Of a DNA stretch of 30,113 bases, positions 6,862 to 15,917 are shown in pieces. The stretch lies in IMG/VR virus record IMGVR_UViG_3300048850_000048, positions 1 through 30,113 of that record. The stretch is one strand, 5' to 3'. Made by a program: the position numbers and the translations under genes. The notes below the pieces were generated by a model, which saw only the letters and a program-made list of their open reading frames with translations, did not search any database and had not been told where the DNA came from. The stretch comes from a virus (Duplodnaviria > Caudoviricetes). The stretch's first letter is position 1, and each line of letters starts with the position of its first letter.

Positions 6862-8548
6862 TGATCTTCCCCGTTTCGCTTGCCCAGATTGGTGGGAAAA
6901 GCTGCAAGCCGGCGACACGCCTATGGCCGACGTCCCCCTGAACAGGCAGCGGTCAGCGAAAGCCTTGGCATTCTTCAATCGGCTAAGGCTGCCCGACGTT
7001 CCCGGAAATCCGCCTCTGTCCGAGGCTTGCGGGGATTGGTTTCGGGACATCCTATGTGCGTTCCTCGCAAGCGAAGACCCAGAAACGCAGCGCCGCCTGG
7101 TTTGGGAACTTCTCTGCATGGTGCCGAAGAAGAACTCCAAGACGACATATGTCGCTGCACTCGGCTTGACGGCGCTATTCATGGAGGAAGCGCCAAAGAG
7201 ACAGATGCTTATTGTGGCGCCCAGCCAGAACATTTCCGAGCGCTGCTTTGAGCAGGCACAGGGGATGATCCGGATCGATCCGAAGCTGAGCGAAGTCTTC
7301 AGGATACAGGATCACCTAAAGTGCATCACGCGCACGAAGACCGGCACGAAGCTCAATGTGAAGACCTTCGACACGTCGATCGTCACCGGCGAAATTCCGG
7401 TCCTGACCATCATCGACGAGCTGCACGAACTAGGGAAGAACGCCAAAGCGACGCGCGTGATGCAGCAGATCCGTGGTGGCGGCATCACGAAGCAGCGCGG
7501 CCAGGTTCTGATGATCACGACCCAGTCGGACGAGCGTCCGGCGGGGATCTGGGAAGTGGAGTTGAAAAAAGCCCGCGCCATCCGAGACGGCAAAGGCGGC
7601 GCGGCGCCGATCATGCTCCCGGTTCTCTACGAGTTTCCCCATGAGAAGCAGCTCGATCAGGACTATTGGCGCGACCAGAAGAACTGGTCGTACCTGCTGC
7701 CAAATCTCGGTCGTTCCATAGACCCGCAGGCCCTCGTCGACGACTACGAGAATAACGGCAAGGTCAGCAAGGAAGCCGAACAGGTCTGGACGAGCCAGCA
7801 TCTGAATATCGAGATTGGTGTAGGCCTCGGCGGAGACTCCTGGTCGGGTGCACTGCATTGGTCCAACTGCATCGATGACAGCCTAAACGGCCTCGATGAT
7901 CTCCTGGCGCGCTCCGAGGTGTGCACCATCGGCATAGACTGGGGCGGGGCCGACGACCTTGCGGCGCTCTATGTCATTGGTCGGGAAAAGAAAACCAAGC
8001 GTTGGCTTGGATGGGGAAAGGCGTGGGCCCGTCCGTCTGTCTTCGAGCAGAGGAAGAGTATCGCGCCTCGGCTTCGCCAGTTCGAGCAAGATCGCGACTT
8101 GATTATCTCCGCGACCGGTGAAGAGCAGGCGGCCTCGTGCGCGGCGATTTGCAAACGCGTGGCGGATACGGGTCTGCTTCCAGAAGCAGGTGGGATTGGC
8201 CTCGATGTTGCAGGCGTTGCCCTTCTCTTGGACGCGCTGGAGGAGGAACGGCTCGAGCAGCCGATGGTGCAGGCTGTCGCTCAAGGGTGGAAGCTGCAGT
8301 CGGCCATATCCTCTGTGCCTCTCAAGCTGGAAGATCGGCGGTTTCTTCATGGTGATCAGCCAATCATGGCCTGGTGTGTCGGAAACGCAAAACAGACACT
8401 TAGGGGGAGCAATTACGTCGTGACGAAGGAAGTTTCGGGCGCGGCGAAGATTGACCTCCTGATGGCGCTATTCAATGCGGCAATGCTGATGTTTCTGAAC
8501 CCGGAAGCGAAGCGAGAGCCTGCCTACCAGATGCTGGTTTACGGCTAG
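6848..8548 (+). CDS. terL: Terminase large subunit
   Basis: Walker A variant VPKKNSKT, Walker B IIDELH, coupling motif ITT, nuclease motifs GIDWGGADDL and KID.LMA. Confidence 0.92.
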   Translation: MLDTDDLPRFACPDWWEKLQAGDTPMADVPLNRQRSAKALAFFNRLRLPDVPGNPPLSEACGDWFRDILCAFLASEDPETQRRLVWELLCMVPKKNSKTTYVAALGLTALFMEEAPKRQMLIVAPSQNISERCFEQAQGMIRIDPKLSEVFRIQDHLKCITRTKTGTKLNVKTFDTSIVTGEIPVLTIIDELHELGKNAKATRVMQQIRGGGITKQRGQVLMITTQSDERPAGIWEVELKKARAIRDGKGGAAPIMLPVLYEFPHEKQLDQDYWRDQKNWSYLLPNLGRSIDPQALVDDYENNGKVSKEAEQVWTSQHLNIEIGVGLGGDSWSGALHWSNCIDDSLNGLDDLLARSEVCTIGIDWGGADDLAALYVIGREKKTKRWLGWGKAWARPSVFEQRKSIAPRLRQFEQDRDLIISATGEEQAASCAAICKRVADTGLLPEAGGIGLDVAGVALLLDALEEERLEQPMVQAVAQGWKLQSAISSVPLKLEDRRFLHGDQPIMAWCVGNAKQTLRGSNYVVTKEVSGAAKIDLLMALFNAAMLMFLNPEAKREPAYQMLVYG

Positions 8549-8561
8549 AGGAACCACAAAC

Positions 8562-10529
8562 ATGAACAGGATGTATTCAATCCTGACCGTGAAAGCGGTC
8601 GAGGAGGATGAGCGCGTTATTCGCGGTGTTGCCACGACGCCGAACCCCGATCGCGTCGGGGATATCGTGGAGCCGCTCGGCGTGCGGTTCAAAAACCCGA
8701 TGCCGCTCCTGCATCAGCACGATCACGATAAGCCAGTCGGTACGGTCACGTTCGACCGTCCCACCAAGGATGGGATCACCTTCGAAGCAAAGCTGCCGAA
8801 AATCGACGAGCCTGGCCCGTTGCGCGATCGCGTCGAGACGGCTTGGGGCGAAGTGAAGGCCGGCTTGGTCCGTGCCGTCTCCATCGGCTTCCGGGCTATG
8901 GAATACGCCTTTCTCGACAGCGGAGGCATCCGGTTCACCGAAACAGAAGTACTCGAACTCTCGCTTGTCAGCGTCCCGGCCAATGCGGACGCTGTCATTT
9001 CCACCATCAAGTCGATTGACCGCCCTCTGCTCGCCGCGTCTGGCAAGGAACCTAAGGCGGATGACCGGCCTGTCCCTCCCGGCGCTGCGGGAAAATCCAA
9101 GCACTCAGTCAATCTCAACATCAAGGAAAACCCAGCTATGAAGACCATTGCTGAACAGATCGCGGCGCTGGAAGCCTCCCGTCAGGCAAAGGCCGCGCGC
9201 ATGGCCGAAGTCATGCAGAAGTCCATGGATGAAGGCCGCTCGACCGACCAGGCCGAACAGGAAGAGTTCGACACCCTCGAGCAAGAGGTCGAGGCCATCG
9301 ACGGTGACCTGAAGCGTCTCCGCGCTCTTGAAAAGGCTCAGGCCTTGAACGCCAAGCCGGTTATCCCCGGCGCCATAAAGTCGGCTGCGGCTGGCACTTC
9401 CATTCGTACCGGCACTGTCCCGCTGAAGGCTGAACCGGCGAAGGGCATCCGCTTTGCCCGCTACGCCAAGTGCCTTGCGATCGCACACAAAACGCACCAG
9501 CCGGTGGTCAATATCGCCGAAGGCCTTTACGGCAAGAGCGATCCGGATCTTGTCGACATCGTCAAGGCGGCCGTCTCTGCTATGACGACCGGCAACACTC
9601 CCGCGCTGGTCGGTAATGAGGGAGGTTTTGCCGACTTCGTCGAATTTTTGCGGCCGATGACGATTCTCGGACGCTTCGGTGCCGGGAACATCCCGTCCCT
9701 GACGCAGATCCCGTTCCGAATTCCCTTCATTTCGGAAACCTCGGAAACCGATGCGCAATGGGTGGGTGAAGGCAAGGGCAAGCCGCTAACCCGGTTCACT
9801 CTCGATCGAGGAGAGTTGACCCCGCTCAAGATTGCAACGATCGCAGTCCAGACGATGGAGCTTATCCGCGACAGCTCGCCATCTTCAGACGTCCTGCTCC
9901 GCAACTCCCTCGCAAAAGCTGTTGCCAAGCGTTCGGACGTTTCATTCATCGATCCGACCTCGGCGGGCGTTGCCGGCGTCCGGCCACCATCGATTCTCAA
10001 TGGTGTCACGCCCATCGTGAACAGCGCGGCAACCGGGGCCGATGGCGTTCGCGAAGACGTCCAGGCCATCATTGGCGCCTTCGTAGCGGCGAACAACCCG
10101 CTGACGTCGGGCGTGTGGGTCATGGGCGGTACTTATGCGCTCCGACTAATGATGATGCTGAACCCGCTCGGCCAGCGGGAATTCCCTGGCATCACGATGC
10201 AGGGCGGTACGTTCTTCGAGCTGCCGGTAATCGTTTCCAATTACTTGGGTGACTATGTCGCGCTGGTGAATGCCGAGGACATCTACCTGGGCGATGAAGG
10301 CGGCGTCGACATCGCCATGTCTACGGAGGCCTCGCTGGAGATGGTGGACAACCCGACGCAGGACTCCGGTGCTGCAGATCCTGTGGAGACGACAGTCGTG
10401 TCCATGTTCCAGACCAATAGCGTGGCGTTCCGTGCCGAACGGACAATTAACTGGGCTCGCCGTCGTGCGAGTGCCGTCGCCTGGATGGATAACATCACCT
10501 GGGGCGACCCGGTACCGGCTACACCCTAA
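8562..10529 (+). CDS. Fused HK97-type prohead protease and major capsid protein
   Basis: Protease motifs DRVGDIVEP.G, LLHQHDH..PVG, SIGF, ELSLVSVPAN. Capsid motifs AQWVGEGKGKP and MFQTNSVAFRAE..INW. Internal AAGGA SD with an in-frame ATG at 9138. Confidence 0.92.
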   Translation: MNRMYSILTVKAVEEDERVIRGVATTPNPDRVGDIVEPLGVRFKNPMPLLHQHDHDKPVGTVTFDRPTKDGITFEAKLPKIDEPGPLRDRVETAWGEVKAGLVRAVSIGFRAMEYAFLDSGGIRFTETEVLELSLVSVPANADAVISTIKSIDRPLLAASGKEPKADDRPVPPGAAGKSKHSVNLNIKENPAMKTIAEQIAALEASRQAKAARMAEVMQKSMDEGRSTDQAEQEEFDTLEQEVEAIDGDLKRLRALEKAQALNAKPVIPGAIKSAAAGTSIRTGTVPLKAEPAKGIRFARYAKCLAIAHKTHQPVVNIAEGLYGKSDPDLVDIVKAAVSAMTTGNTPALVGNEGGFADFVEFLRPMTILGRFGAGNIPSLTQIPFRIPFISETSETDAQWVGEGKGKPLTRFTLDRGELTPLKIATIAVQTMELIRDSSPSSDVLLRNSLAKAVAKRSDVSFIDPTSAGVAGVRPPSILNGVTPIVNSAATGADGVREDVQAIIGAFVAANNPLTSGVWVMGGTYALRLMMMLNPLGQREFPGITMQGGTFFELPVIVSNYLGDYVALVNAEDIYLGDEGGVDIAMSTEASLEMVDNPTQDSGAADPVETTVVSMFQTNSVAFRAERTINWARRRASAVAWMDNITWGDPVPATP

Positions 10530-10548
10530 TCCCGTCCCGCATTTGTCT

Positions 10549-10577
10549 GCCGGTCCCATTTTGTGGGGCCGGCCTTT
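10549..10577 (+). terminator. Hairpin after the capsid gene (weak terminator or mRNA stabiliser)
   Basis: GCCGGTCCCA-TTTTG-TGGGGCCGGC followed by CTTT. Confidence 0.5.
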
Positions 10578-10593
10578 AACAAGGAGAGGCGAC

Positions 10594-10833
10594 ATGAAGA
10601 AATCTTCCTACATGACTCGAGCCATGAAGGCGCACGATCCGCGTTACGCTTCCATCCTTTCTAAGCTCGGATATGCGCGGGCTGACAGCGTTTCTGCTGC
10701 GGAAAAAGAGACCGTGGAGGCAGATGGCCTTACAGAACTGCGCAAAATGTACCAGGAGCTGGTCGGCAAACGTGCGTTCAACGGATGGGATGCTGAAACC
10801 CTTACTCAGAAGATCACCGAAGCGAAGGTTTGA
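10594..10833 (+). CDS. Small head-region protein
   Basis: 79 aa from ATG 10594 with AAGGAG SD. C-terminal 'LRKMYQELVGKRAFNGWDAETL..KI' small helical domain. Confidence 0.7.
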   Translation: MKKSSYMTRAMKAHDPRYASILSKLGYARADSVSAAEKETVEADGLTELRKMYQELVGKRAFNGWDAETLTQKITEAKV

Positions 10834-10838
10834 TCAAA

Positions 10839-12182
10839 ATGCGCTTCTTCGGTCTGAGCATAAGCCGCGCCAAGGCGACCAGCGAAAAAGGGATGTCGCC
10901 CGTCAGCCAAGGGCGCGGCGGCTGGTGGCGTATCCTTGAGTCATATGCCGGTGCCTGGCAACAGAACGTAGAAGTCCGCTACGACTCCGTCCTTTCCAAT
11001 CACGCCGACTTCGCTTGTCGCACTCTGATTGCATCAGACATTGCGAAGCTGCGCATCAAGCTGATGGCGAAAGACAGCGACGGCATCTGGAGCGAGACCA
11101 GCAACTCGGCTTACTCGCCCGTCCTGCGCAAGCCGAACCATTACCAGAACCGGATCCAGTTCATGGAGAGCTGGGTTCTCTCGAAGCTTCAGCGCGGCAA
11201 TGCCGTGATCCTAAAGCAGAGAGACGGCAGGGGCGTCGTGCAGCGCCTATATGTCCTCGACTGGGCGAATGTGACGCCGCTCGTATCCGATGACGGCAGT
11301 GTGTTCTACCAGCTGAATACGGATAGTCTCTCTGGCTTGCCAGAATCGGTAACAGTGCCCGCTCGAGAGGTCATACACGACCGATTCAACTGCTTCTTTC
11401 ATCCACTCGTCGGACTTTCGCCCATCTTTGCCGGCGGCCTTGCCGCCATGCAGGGTCTCGCGATCCAGAACGACAGCACACAGTTCTTTCGGAATGGTGC
11501 TCAGCCAGGAGGCGTGCTGACGGCGCCGGGAGCAATATCCGATGAAACGGCGAAGCGCCTCAAAGATTACTGGGATAACAATTTCTCCGGAAAGAATGCC
11601 GGAAAGGTCGCCGTTCTCGGAGATAATCTCAAATATGAGGCGATGCGGGCGAAGGCGGTCGACTCTCAACTTATCGAACAGCTGAAGTGGACTGCTGAGG
11701 TCGTCTGCTCAACCTACCACGTTCCGCCTTACAAGATCGGCGTAGGCGCCATGCCGAGCCACAATAATATCCAGTCCCTCAATGTCGAATACTATTCCCA
11801 GTGCCTTCAGGTGCTGCTGGAATCGATCGAGCTTTGCCTGGATGAGGGCCTTGGTATGGGTGAGAACATCGGGACAGAGTTCGACACCGACAATCTCCTG
11901 CGCATGGACAGCGTCACTCAGATGGAAGTGCTGGACAAGTCCAAAGGGATTATGAGCCCGAACGAGCAGCGCAAGAAACTCGAGCTGAAGCCAAAGACCG
12001 GGGGAGATAGCCCGATGCTTCAGCAGCAGAACTTCAGCCTGGAAGCGCTCTCTAAGCGGGATGCGCTCGCCGATCCGTTCGGGCCTAGTCCAGGGCCGGC
12101 TGCAGCCGAGCCCGCCAATGATAATGCGACTGAGGCAGAAGCCCGGTCCGCCCTCGTGGAAATTCTCAAAGGACTCCGCTGA
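10839..12182 (+). CDS. Portal protein (HK97 family)
   Basis: LRKPN.YQNRIQF.ESW..SKL..GNA, EVIHDR, GLSPI, FFRNGAQPGGVL, VPPYKIG, MSPNE.R. Start at ATG 10839 (or TTG 10830). Confidence 0.92.
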   Translation: MRFFGLSISRAKATSEKGMSPVSQGRGGWWRILESYAGAWQQNVEVRYDSVLSNHADFACRTLIASDIAKLRIKLMAKDSDGIWSETSNSAYSPVLRKPNHYQNRIQFMESWVLSKLQRGNAVILKQRDGRGVVQRLYVLDWANVTPLVSDDGSVFYQLNTDSLSGLPESVTVPAREVIHDRFNCFFHPLVGLSPIFAGGLAAMQGLAIQNDSTQFFRNGAQPGGVLTAPGAISDETAKRLKDYWDNNFSGKNAGKVAVLGDNLKYEAMRAKAVDSQLIEQLKWTAEVVCSTYHVPPYKIGVGAMPSHNNIQSLNVEYYSQCLQVLLESIELCLDEGLGMGENIGTEFDTDNLLRMDSVTQMEVLDKSKGIMSPNEQRKKLELKPKTGGDSPMLQQQNFSLEALSKRDALADPFGPSPGPAAAEPANDNATEAEARSALVEILKGLR

Positions 12183-13036
12183 TGACATTCGACGGCAAGG
12201 CCTTCGGCAAAGAGATCGTTGGCGTGGTCAAAAGCTACTTGGCAAAGGAACTCGCGCCCATCTCAGCGCGCCTCGATGCGTTGGAGAAACGCGTCGAAGC
12301 CATCCCGACGCCTGTGGATCTTTCCGAAGATCTGGCCGCTTTGAAAGCGGCCGTCGACGCGATCGTCATCCCGGACCTTCCGGAGATCCCGGTGCTTCCA
12401 GACATTCCAGCGATCGTGGCTGATGCAGTCAATGATGCCGTCGCGGCCATTCCAACCCCACGAGACGGCAAGAGTGTGACTATCGATGACGTCACTCCTC
12501 TGATCGCCGCCGAAGTGGAGAAATGCGTCGGTGATATTCCGCGACCGAGAGACGGCGAGCCCGGTCGAGATGGGTTGGATGTGAAGGAAATGTTCCGCGC
12601 GGAGGGAGGCCGATTGATTGCCGTGATGAGCGATGGAACGACACGCGACCTCGGCGTCTTCGTGGGGAAGGACGGCAATCCCGGCAAGCCAGGAGCTGAT
12701 GGCTTCGGCTTTGACGACATGGATGTGTCCTACGACGGAGAAAAGACGATTACCCTGAGATTTGCCAAGGGCGAACGCACCAAGGAGTTCGCTTTCGAGA
12801 TCCCCGTGGTTATTGACCGCGGCGTTTTTCGGGAAGGCAGCGAATACAAGGCTGGGGACGGTGTCACCTGGGCCGGCAGCTTCTGGATTGCGCAAAAGCA
12901 TACGTGCGCAAAGCCTGATACCGGCGAGGACTGGCGCCTGTCGGTGAAGCGGGGTCGCGATGGCAGAGACGGCATGGCGAAAGAGGCGAAGAACTCGCAG
13001 CCGGTACGCATCGGAACGCCAGTGAGGTCTAACTGA
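12182..13036 (+). CDS. Portal-coupled protein with short collagen-like repeats and a C-terminal aromatic beta domain
   Basis: TGATG coupling to portal. PRDGK, GEPGRDG and GKDGNPGKPGADG repeats. C-terminal RGVF..G..Y..GD.VTW.GS.W...W.L.VKRGRDG. Confidence 0.7.
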   Translation: MTFDGKAFGKEIVGVVKSYLAKELAPISARLDALEKRVEAIPTPVDLSEDLAALKAAVDAIVIPDLPEIPVLPDIPAIVADAVNDAVAAIPTPRDGKSVTIDDVTPLIAAEVEKCVGDIPRPRDGEPGRDGLDVKEMFRAEGGRLIAVMSDGTTRDLGVFVGKDGNPGKPGADGFGFDDMDVSYDGEKTITLRFAKGERTKEFAFEIPVVIDRGVFREGSEYKAGDGVTWAGSFWIAQKHTCAKPDTGEDWRLSVKRGRDGRDGMAKEAKNSQPVRIGTPVRSN

Positions 13037-13338
13037 TGGCACTTGTTTCCCTGGACGATCTCGACTTCCAGCTTCGCCTCGACCTCGCTCGGGATGGTGC
13101 CGGAACGATTGATGATCCACTCGCACCGCAGTTTCTGAAGCTTGCTGATCGGGCATCACTTATCGTTCTTAGACATGTGAAGCGAGAGGATGATCCGTGG
13201 ACTGAAGAGGATGCCCCGGATGATATCCGCGCTGCGACCCTCATCGTCGCGCGCAATCTTTGGGATGAGGTCGATGAGCCTGTTTCCGATGCTGTAGTGA
13301 ACCTTCTCCGGGGGCGTCGGGACCCGACGCTGGCATGA
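13036..13338 (+). CDS. Head-tail connector (HK97 gp6-like)
   Basis: MALVSL.D...QLR.D...P.DI.AATL....L....LL...R.P pattern, and position. Confidence 0.75.
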   Translation: MALVSLDDLDFQLRLDLARDGAGTIDDPLAPQFLKLADRASLIVLRHVKREDDPWTEEDAPDDIRAATLIVARNLWDEVDEPVSDAVVNLLRGRRDPTLA

Positions 13339-13676
13339 TGAAAGCTGGAAACCTCGACCGGCGGATCACCATTGAGCGCGAAATCGAGACGGGGCGCAAT
13401 GAGGTCAACGAGCCGATTTATGCTTGGACCGCGCTTGCGACGGTTTGGGCGCGTCGTCGCGATGCGAGCGATGGGGAGCGGGAAGCGGCAGGGCAGGTGG
13501 GCTCGACGCTGTTGAGCCGGTTCGTCATTCGCTCGTCGTCTACCTCCCGGACGGTCACGCCGGTCGACAGGATCAACTATTCGGGCGGCACCTGGAACAT
13601 CCTCGGAGTGAAAGAGACCAAGGAGGGGCGCATGCGCTTTCTCGAAATCACCGCCATCCGGGATTCGGACCAATGA
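13335..13676 (+). CDS. Head closure protein (SPP1 gp16-like)
   Basis: MKAG.LDRRITI.R...W..LATVWA...G.E...F.IR...DRI...WNI..V pattern. Confidence 0.85.
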   Translation: MMKAGNLDRRITIEREIETGRNEVNEPIYAWTALATVWARRRDASDGEREAAGQVGSTLLSRFVIRSSSTSRTVTPVDRINYSGGTWNILGVKETKEGRMRFLEITAIRDSDQ

Positions 13677-14125
13677 GGATCAAGGTCAAGGTCAAGGGGT
13701 TCAAGGAACTCGACAGGGCGCTCCAACAGCTCACGAGGGCGACGGCAAAAGCCGTTGCTCGCCGAGTCCTGGCGAAGGCGGCGGAGCCGATCGCGGAAGC
13801 CGGGTGGGCGAATGCGCCGCTTGGCCCGACAGGCAATCTGAAGGCCTCCTATGGCGTCGGCACCAAACTGACGCGCCGGCAGTCGAAGTTGCACAAAAAG
13901 GAAAGCCCCGTAGAGGTGTTCGTCGGCCCGAACGATCCCGCCGCCATCCAGACCGAATTCGGCAATGAGCACCAGGCGGCCGAGCCGCATATGCGTCCGG
14001 CCTGGGACGCGAACAAGGACCGGGCGCTCGAAATCATCTCGGAAGAGCTGGGTTCTGAAATCGAAAAGGCCGCGGCGCGTGCTGCGAAGCGAGCCGCGCG
14101 TTTGGCGAGAAAGATGGGCGGTTGA
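13673..14125 (+). CDS. HK97 gp10-like tail-completion protein
   Basis: ATG 13673 (ATGA overlap). Motifs V.GFKEL..AL, AP..TGNLKAS, EFG.....AEPHMRPAWD. Confidence 0.85.
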   Translation: MRIKVKVKGFKELDRALQQLTRATAKAVARRVLAKAAEPIAEAGWANAPLGPTGNLKASYGVGTKLTRRQSKLHKKESPVEVFVGPNDPAAIQTEFGNEHQAAEPHMRPAWDANKDRALEIISEELGSEIEKAAARAAKRAARLARKMGG

Positions 14126-14128
14126 TCC

Positions 14129-14527
14129 ATGGAAGCAGCATTGACGGCGCTTTTGCTCGGCGACGCCCGGGTGAAGCAGCTTGCCGGCAGCAAGGTGCAC
14201 TGGGTGCGAGCGCCGCAAGGCATCGTGCCTTCCTATGCCGTTTTGCAGGTGATTTCCAGCCGCGACGATTACCATGCGCAGGGGGCTTCCGGCCTCACAG
14301 ACGCGCGTGTGCAGATTGATTCCTACGCCGGAACCTACCTTGCGGCCGTCCGGCTATCGGACGCAATCCTGGCCGTTCTCTCGGGTTATCGCGGCGTCGT
14401 CTCCGGCGTGCGGCTGCAGGCGGGCTTCGTCGATAACCGCCGCGACTTTCCCTCGTCCAGCAGCGGCGACGTGATGCCGCTGTTCCGGCGTTCCGCAGAC
14501 ATCATCATCTGGCATTCAAGCCTCTGA
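14129..14527 (+). CDS. Tail terminator (DUF3168-like)
   Basis: APQG...Y.VLQ.IS...RVQID.YA.TY..A..L..A...L pattern, directly before the tail tube. Confidence 0.8.
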   Translation: MEAALTALLLGDARVKQLAGSKVHWVRAPQGIVPSYAVLQVISSRDDYHAQGASGLTDARVQIDSYAGTYLAAVRLSDAILAVLSGYRGVVSGVRLQAGFVDNRRDFPSSSSGDVMPLFRRSADIIIWHSSL

Positions 14528-14541
14528 AAGGGAGCCTAATC

Positions 14542-15231
14542 ATGGCAGACACTGAAGCATCCATTGGCTACGGCATCACTTTCGAGATGGCCGATATCCT
14601 TACGCCTACCGTGTTCACCTATCTCTCCGAGATTTTCGATGTGACGCCGCCGTCGGACGAAACGGACCAGGTCGACGCGACGCACATGCAGAGCCCGAAC
14701 AGGACGCGCGAATTCATCGACGGCCTCACGGATCCGGGCGAGGCCTCCTTCGAAATGAACTATGTGCCCGGCTCGGCAAGTGACAAGGCGCTGATTGCGG
14801 CAAAGGGCAAGCGCAAGTGGTGCCGCATCACCTTTCCCAACGGCGTGCAGACCCTGTTCACGGGCAGCCGGCAGACTTACGAGAAAGCCGCGCCCACGGA
14901 CGACAAGATGACGGCGACGGTCACCTTCAAGGTTTCTGGCGATCCGGTGCATACGGACCCAACCGCTCCGCGCAATATTTCCGTTCCGGTCATAAGCGGA
15001 ACAGCCAAGGTCGGTGCACCGCTCGTCGTCGACCCCGGGATCTGGGCTGGCTCGATGCGGCTCGAATATCAGTGGAAGGCGGCCGGCGCGGCGATCACCG
15101 GCGCAACTGGTCTCTCCTATGTGCCCGTCACCGACGATGTCGGCGACACGATCACCTGCGAAGTCACCGCGCACAACGATGATTTCAACACCATGGTTGC
15201 CAGCGCGGCAACTGTGGCAGTCGTCGCATAA
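14542..15231 (+). CDS. Tail tube protein with C-terminal Ig-like domain
   Basis: D.VDATH..SP...REFI.GL.DPGE.SFE.NY.PG and TFKVSG.P. C-terminal P.ISGT..VG..L....G.W...YQW...I.GATG..Y....D.G..ITC.VTA.N. Confidence 0.88.
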   Translation: MADTEASIGYGITFEMADILTPTVFTYLSEIFDVTPPSDETDQVDATHMQSPNRTREFIDGLTDPGEASFEMNYVPGSASDKALIAAKGKRKWCRITFPNGVQTLFTGSRQTYEKAAPTDDKMTATVTFKVSGDPVHTDPTAPRNISVPVISGTAKVGAPLVVDPGIWAGSMRLEYQWKAAGAAITGATGLSYVPVTDDVGDTITCEVTAHNDDFNTMVASAATVAVVA

Positions 15232-15240
15232 GGACCTTTC

Positions 15241-15603
15241 ATGACCAACAATGTCCGGGGCGTCGTCACCCACGAAATCGACGGCAAAACGCTCAGCTTC
15301 AGGCTCGGCGCCAACGAATGGTGCGAGCTTGAGGACGATTTGGGCAAGAGCACCGGGGCAATCATCAAGGACTTGGAGCGAGTCGTGGCTACCGAAGCGG
15401 TCGATTTCCGAATGTTCCGGTCCATATTCCGGGCCGCCCTGTCGTTCTCGGTCCCCGAAGTCACGGCCAAGGATTCCGGTGAATTGATGAGCGCGGTCGG
15501 GCTCGAAGAGGCCGGGCTGCTCATTGCCAAAATCGTCCAGGCGGGAATGCCGGAGGTGAAGGGCGGCGCGGGAAAGTCGAAAAGGGCAGCGAGAAGCCGA
15601 TAG
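15241..15603 (+). CDS. Tail assembly chaperone (gpG equivalent)
   Basis: 120 aa between tail tube and tape measure, ending with the slippery G GGA AAG. Confidence 0.8.
   Translation: MTNNVRGVVTHEIDGKTLSFRLGANEWCELEDDLGKSTGAIIKDLERVVATEAVDFRMFRSIFRAALSFSVPEVTAKDSGELMSAVGLEEAGLLIAKIVQAGMPEVKGGAGKSKRAARSR
15570..15576 (+). promoter_or_regulatory. -1 programmed ribosomal frameshift site GGGAAAG
   Basis: Same heptamer as lambda G/T, in X XXY YYZ phase. The -1 frame stays open to the stop at 15917. Confidence 0.85.
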
Positions 15604-15917
15604 ATTGGGCCTCGCTGCTCGAACGCTGGGTGGAGGTCGGGCAGGACCCTGCCCATTTCTGGAAACTCACTCTCCGCGAAATCGAGATCGTCATTCGCGG
15701 TTCGGTGGTGCAGCGCCGCCATCGCCAGAACGATCTCATCACTGCCGCCTGGTTCATGGCGCGCCTGTCCGCATACGCCCCCACTAAGCCTAAAGACTTC
15801 ATCAAGCTCCAGAAGATTCTGCTTCGCGAGCATGAACAGGAACGGCCCGGAAAGCCCGATTGGCAGCATGTCTACGCCAAGGTAATGGCCTGGGGCTCGA
15901 AGAAGGCAAACTCATGA
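15570..15917 (+). CDS. Tail assembly chaperone gpT part (expressed as a G-T fusion of about 225 aa)
   Basis: The -1 frame reads GKVEKGSEKPIDWASLLERWVEVGQDPAHFWKLTLREIE.... The 'P..FW.LT..E' motif is typical of gpT. Confidence 0.8.
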   Translation, partial: GKVEKGSEKPIDWASLLERWVEVGQDPAHFWKLTLREIEIVIRGSVVQRRHRQNDLITAAWFMARLSAYAPTKPKDFIKLQKILLREHEQERPGKPDWQHVYAKVMAWGSKKANS

